From a virus (Duplodnaviria > Heunggongvirae > Uroviricota > Caudoviricetes), in the IMG/VR virus record IMGVR_UViG_2548876934_000006, positions 1-16,643 of that record: 16,643 nt of DNA; one strand, given 5' to 3'. The translations under genes were made by a program, and so were the position numbers. Below, one piece after another: positions 16,263 to 16,643 of this stretch (positions within the stretch are counted from its first letter, which is position 1; the number at the start of each line of letters is the position of its first letter). The notes under the pieces were generated by a model. It did not search any database and was not told the origin of the DNA. It was given only the letters and a program-made list of their open reading frames with translations.

Positions 16263-16643
16263 ATGAATGAAATACGTAGTAACCCTGTAAAATTTCTGGA
16301 AGAGCATTTAATTCTTAATACACAGCGCTATGCCCATCATGATGAGACATCTTTAATTACAGTTAATATTACAAGAGAGGATGGCTTGTTAAGACTAAAA
16401 GAAACGGAATATGATATGGCTGGTAGTGATTATATTCTGTTTACAGCTATGCGTGATACTGATAGTCCGGAGCGCTTTGATGCACCTGCAGTTGTAAGCT
16501 TGAGTAATCAGTGTATAAGCCTCCGGCGAAATGATATTTCTCAAACTATCCAGCAAAGTTCACCGTTATGGCTAACTAATCAGCAAAGCGGCTGTAGTGT
16601 TCTTATTGTTCGCCATGGATTATCAGAATCTGGAGAACAGTAG
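16263..16643 (+). CDS. hypothetical protein, about 126 aa, in the effector island; function unknown
   Basis: ORF with ATG at 16263 (MNEIRSNPVKFLEEHLILNTQRYAHHDETSLITVNITREDGLL...), ending at the TAG that closes the window. AT-rich like the neighbouring effector genes. I recognise no family. The track start at 16233 is a GTG. Confidence 0.45.
   Translation: MNEIRSNPVKFLEEHLILNTQRYAHHDETSLITVNITREDGLLRLKETEYDMAGSDYILFTAMRDTDSPERFDAPAVVSLSNQCISLRRNDISQTIQQSSPLWLTNQQSGCSVLIVRHGLSESGEQ

Overview
This window is a mosaic, heavily degraded lambdoid prophage of an E. coli-like host, carrying a type III secretion effector island. Calls rest on my reading of the supplied ORF translations against remembered phage and effector protein sequences; no database search was run. 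Left arm (minus strand, lambda-like pL operon): exo (partial), bet, gam, kil, cIII, ea10, then an AT-rich 293-aa unknown gene sitting where lambda has ral/sieB, then N with nutL and pL/OL. Immunity region is phage-434-type: cI, three OR and three OL operators of the ACAA-N6-TTGT type, and cro, with a small secreted protein gene coupled to the cI stop in the slot lambda uses for rexAB. Right arm (plus strand): nutR, cII, then an in-frame fusion of the O N-terminus (ori iterons included) to the C-terminus of the nin-region Ser/Thr phosphatase, so P, ren and most nin genes are deleted; then Q and pR'. Downstream of Q, where lysis or stx genes normally sit, are an AT-rich multi-pass membrane protein gene, a NanS-p-like sialate O-acetylesterase gene that runs into an R lysozyme 3' remnant (no holin, no intact endolysin), Rz/Rz1, and a tail-fibre 3' remnant, so the whole morphogenesis module is missing. 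The rest is effector cargo: nleB, an nleC pseudogene, nleH, cif (Cys109/His165/Gln185 at the expected positions), a frameshifted unknown gene, nleG and one more unknown ORF, separated by repeated boundary elements. The best candidates for an undescribed function are the three lysogeny- or late-expressed morons in classic accessory hotspots: the 293-aa gene coupled to N, the secreted protein coupled to cI, and the membrane protein behind pR'.
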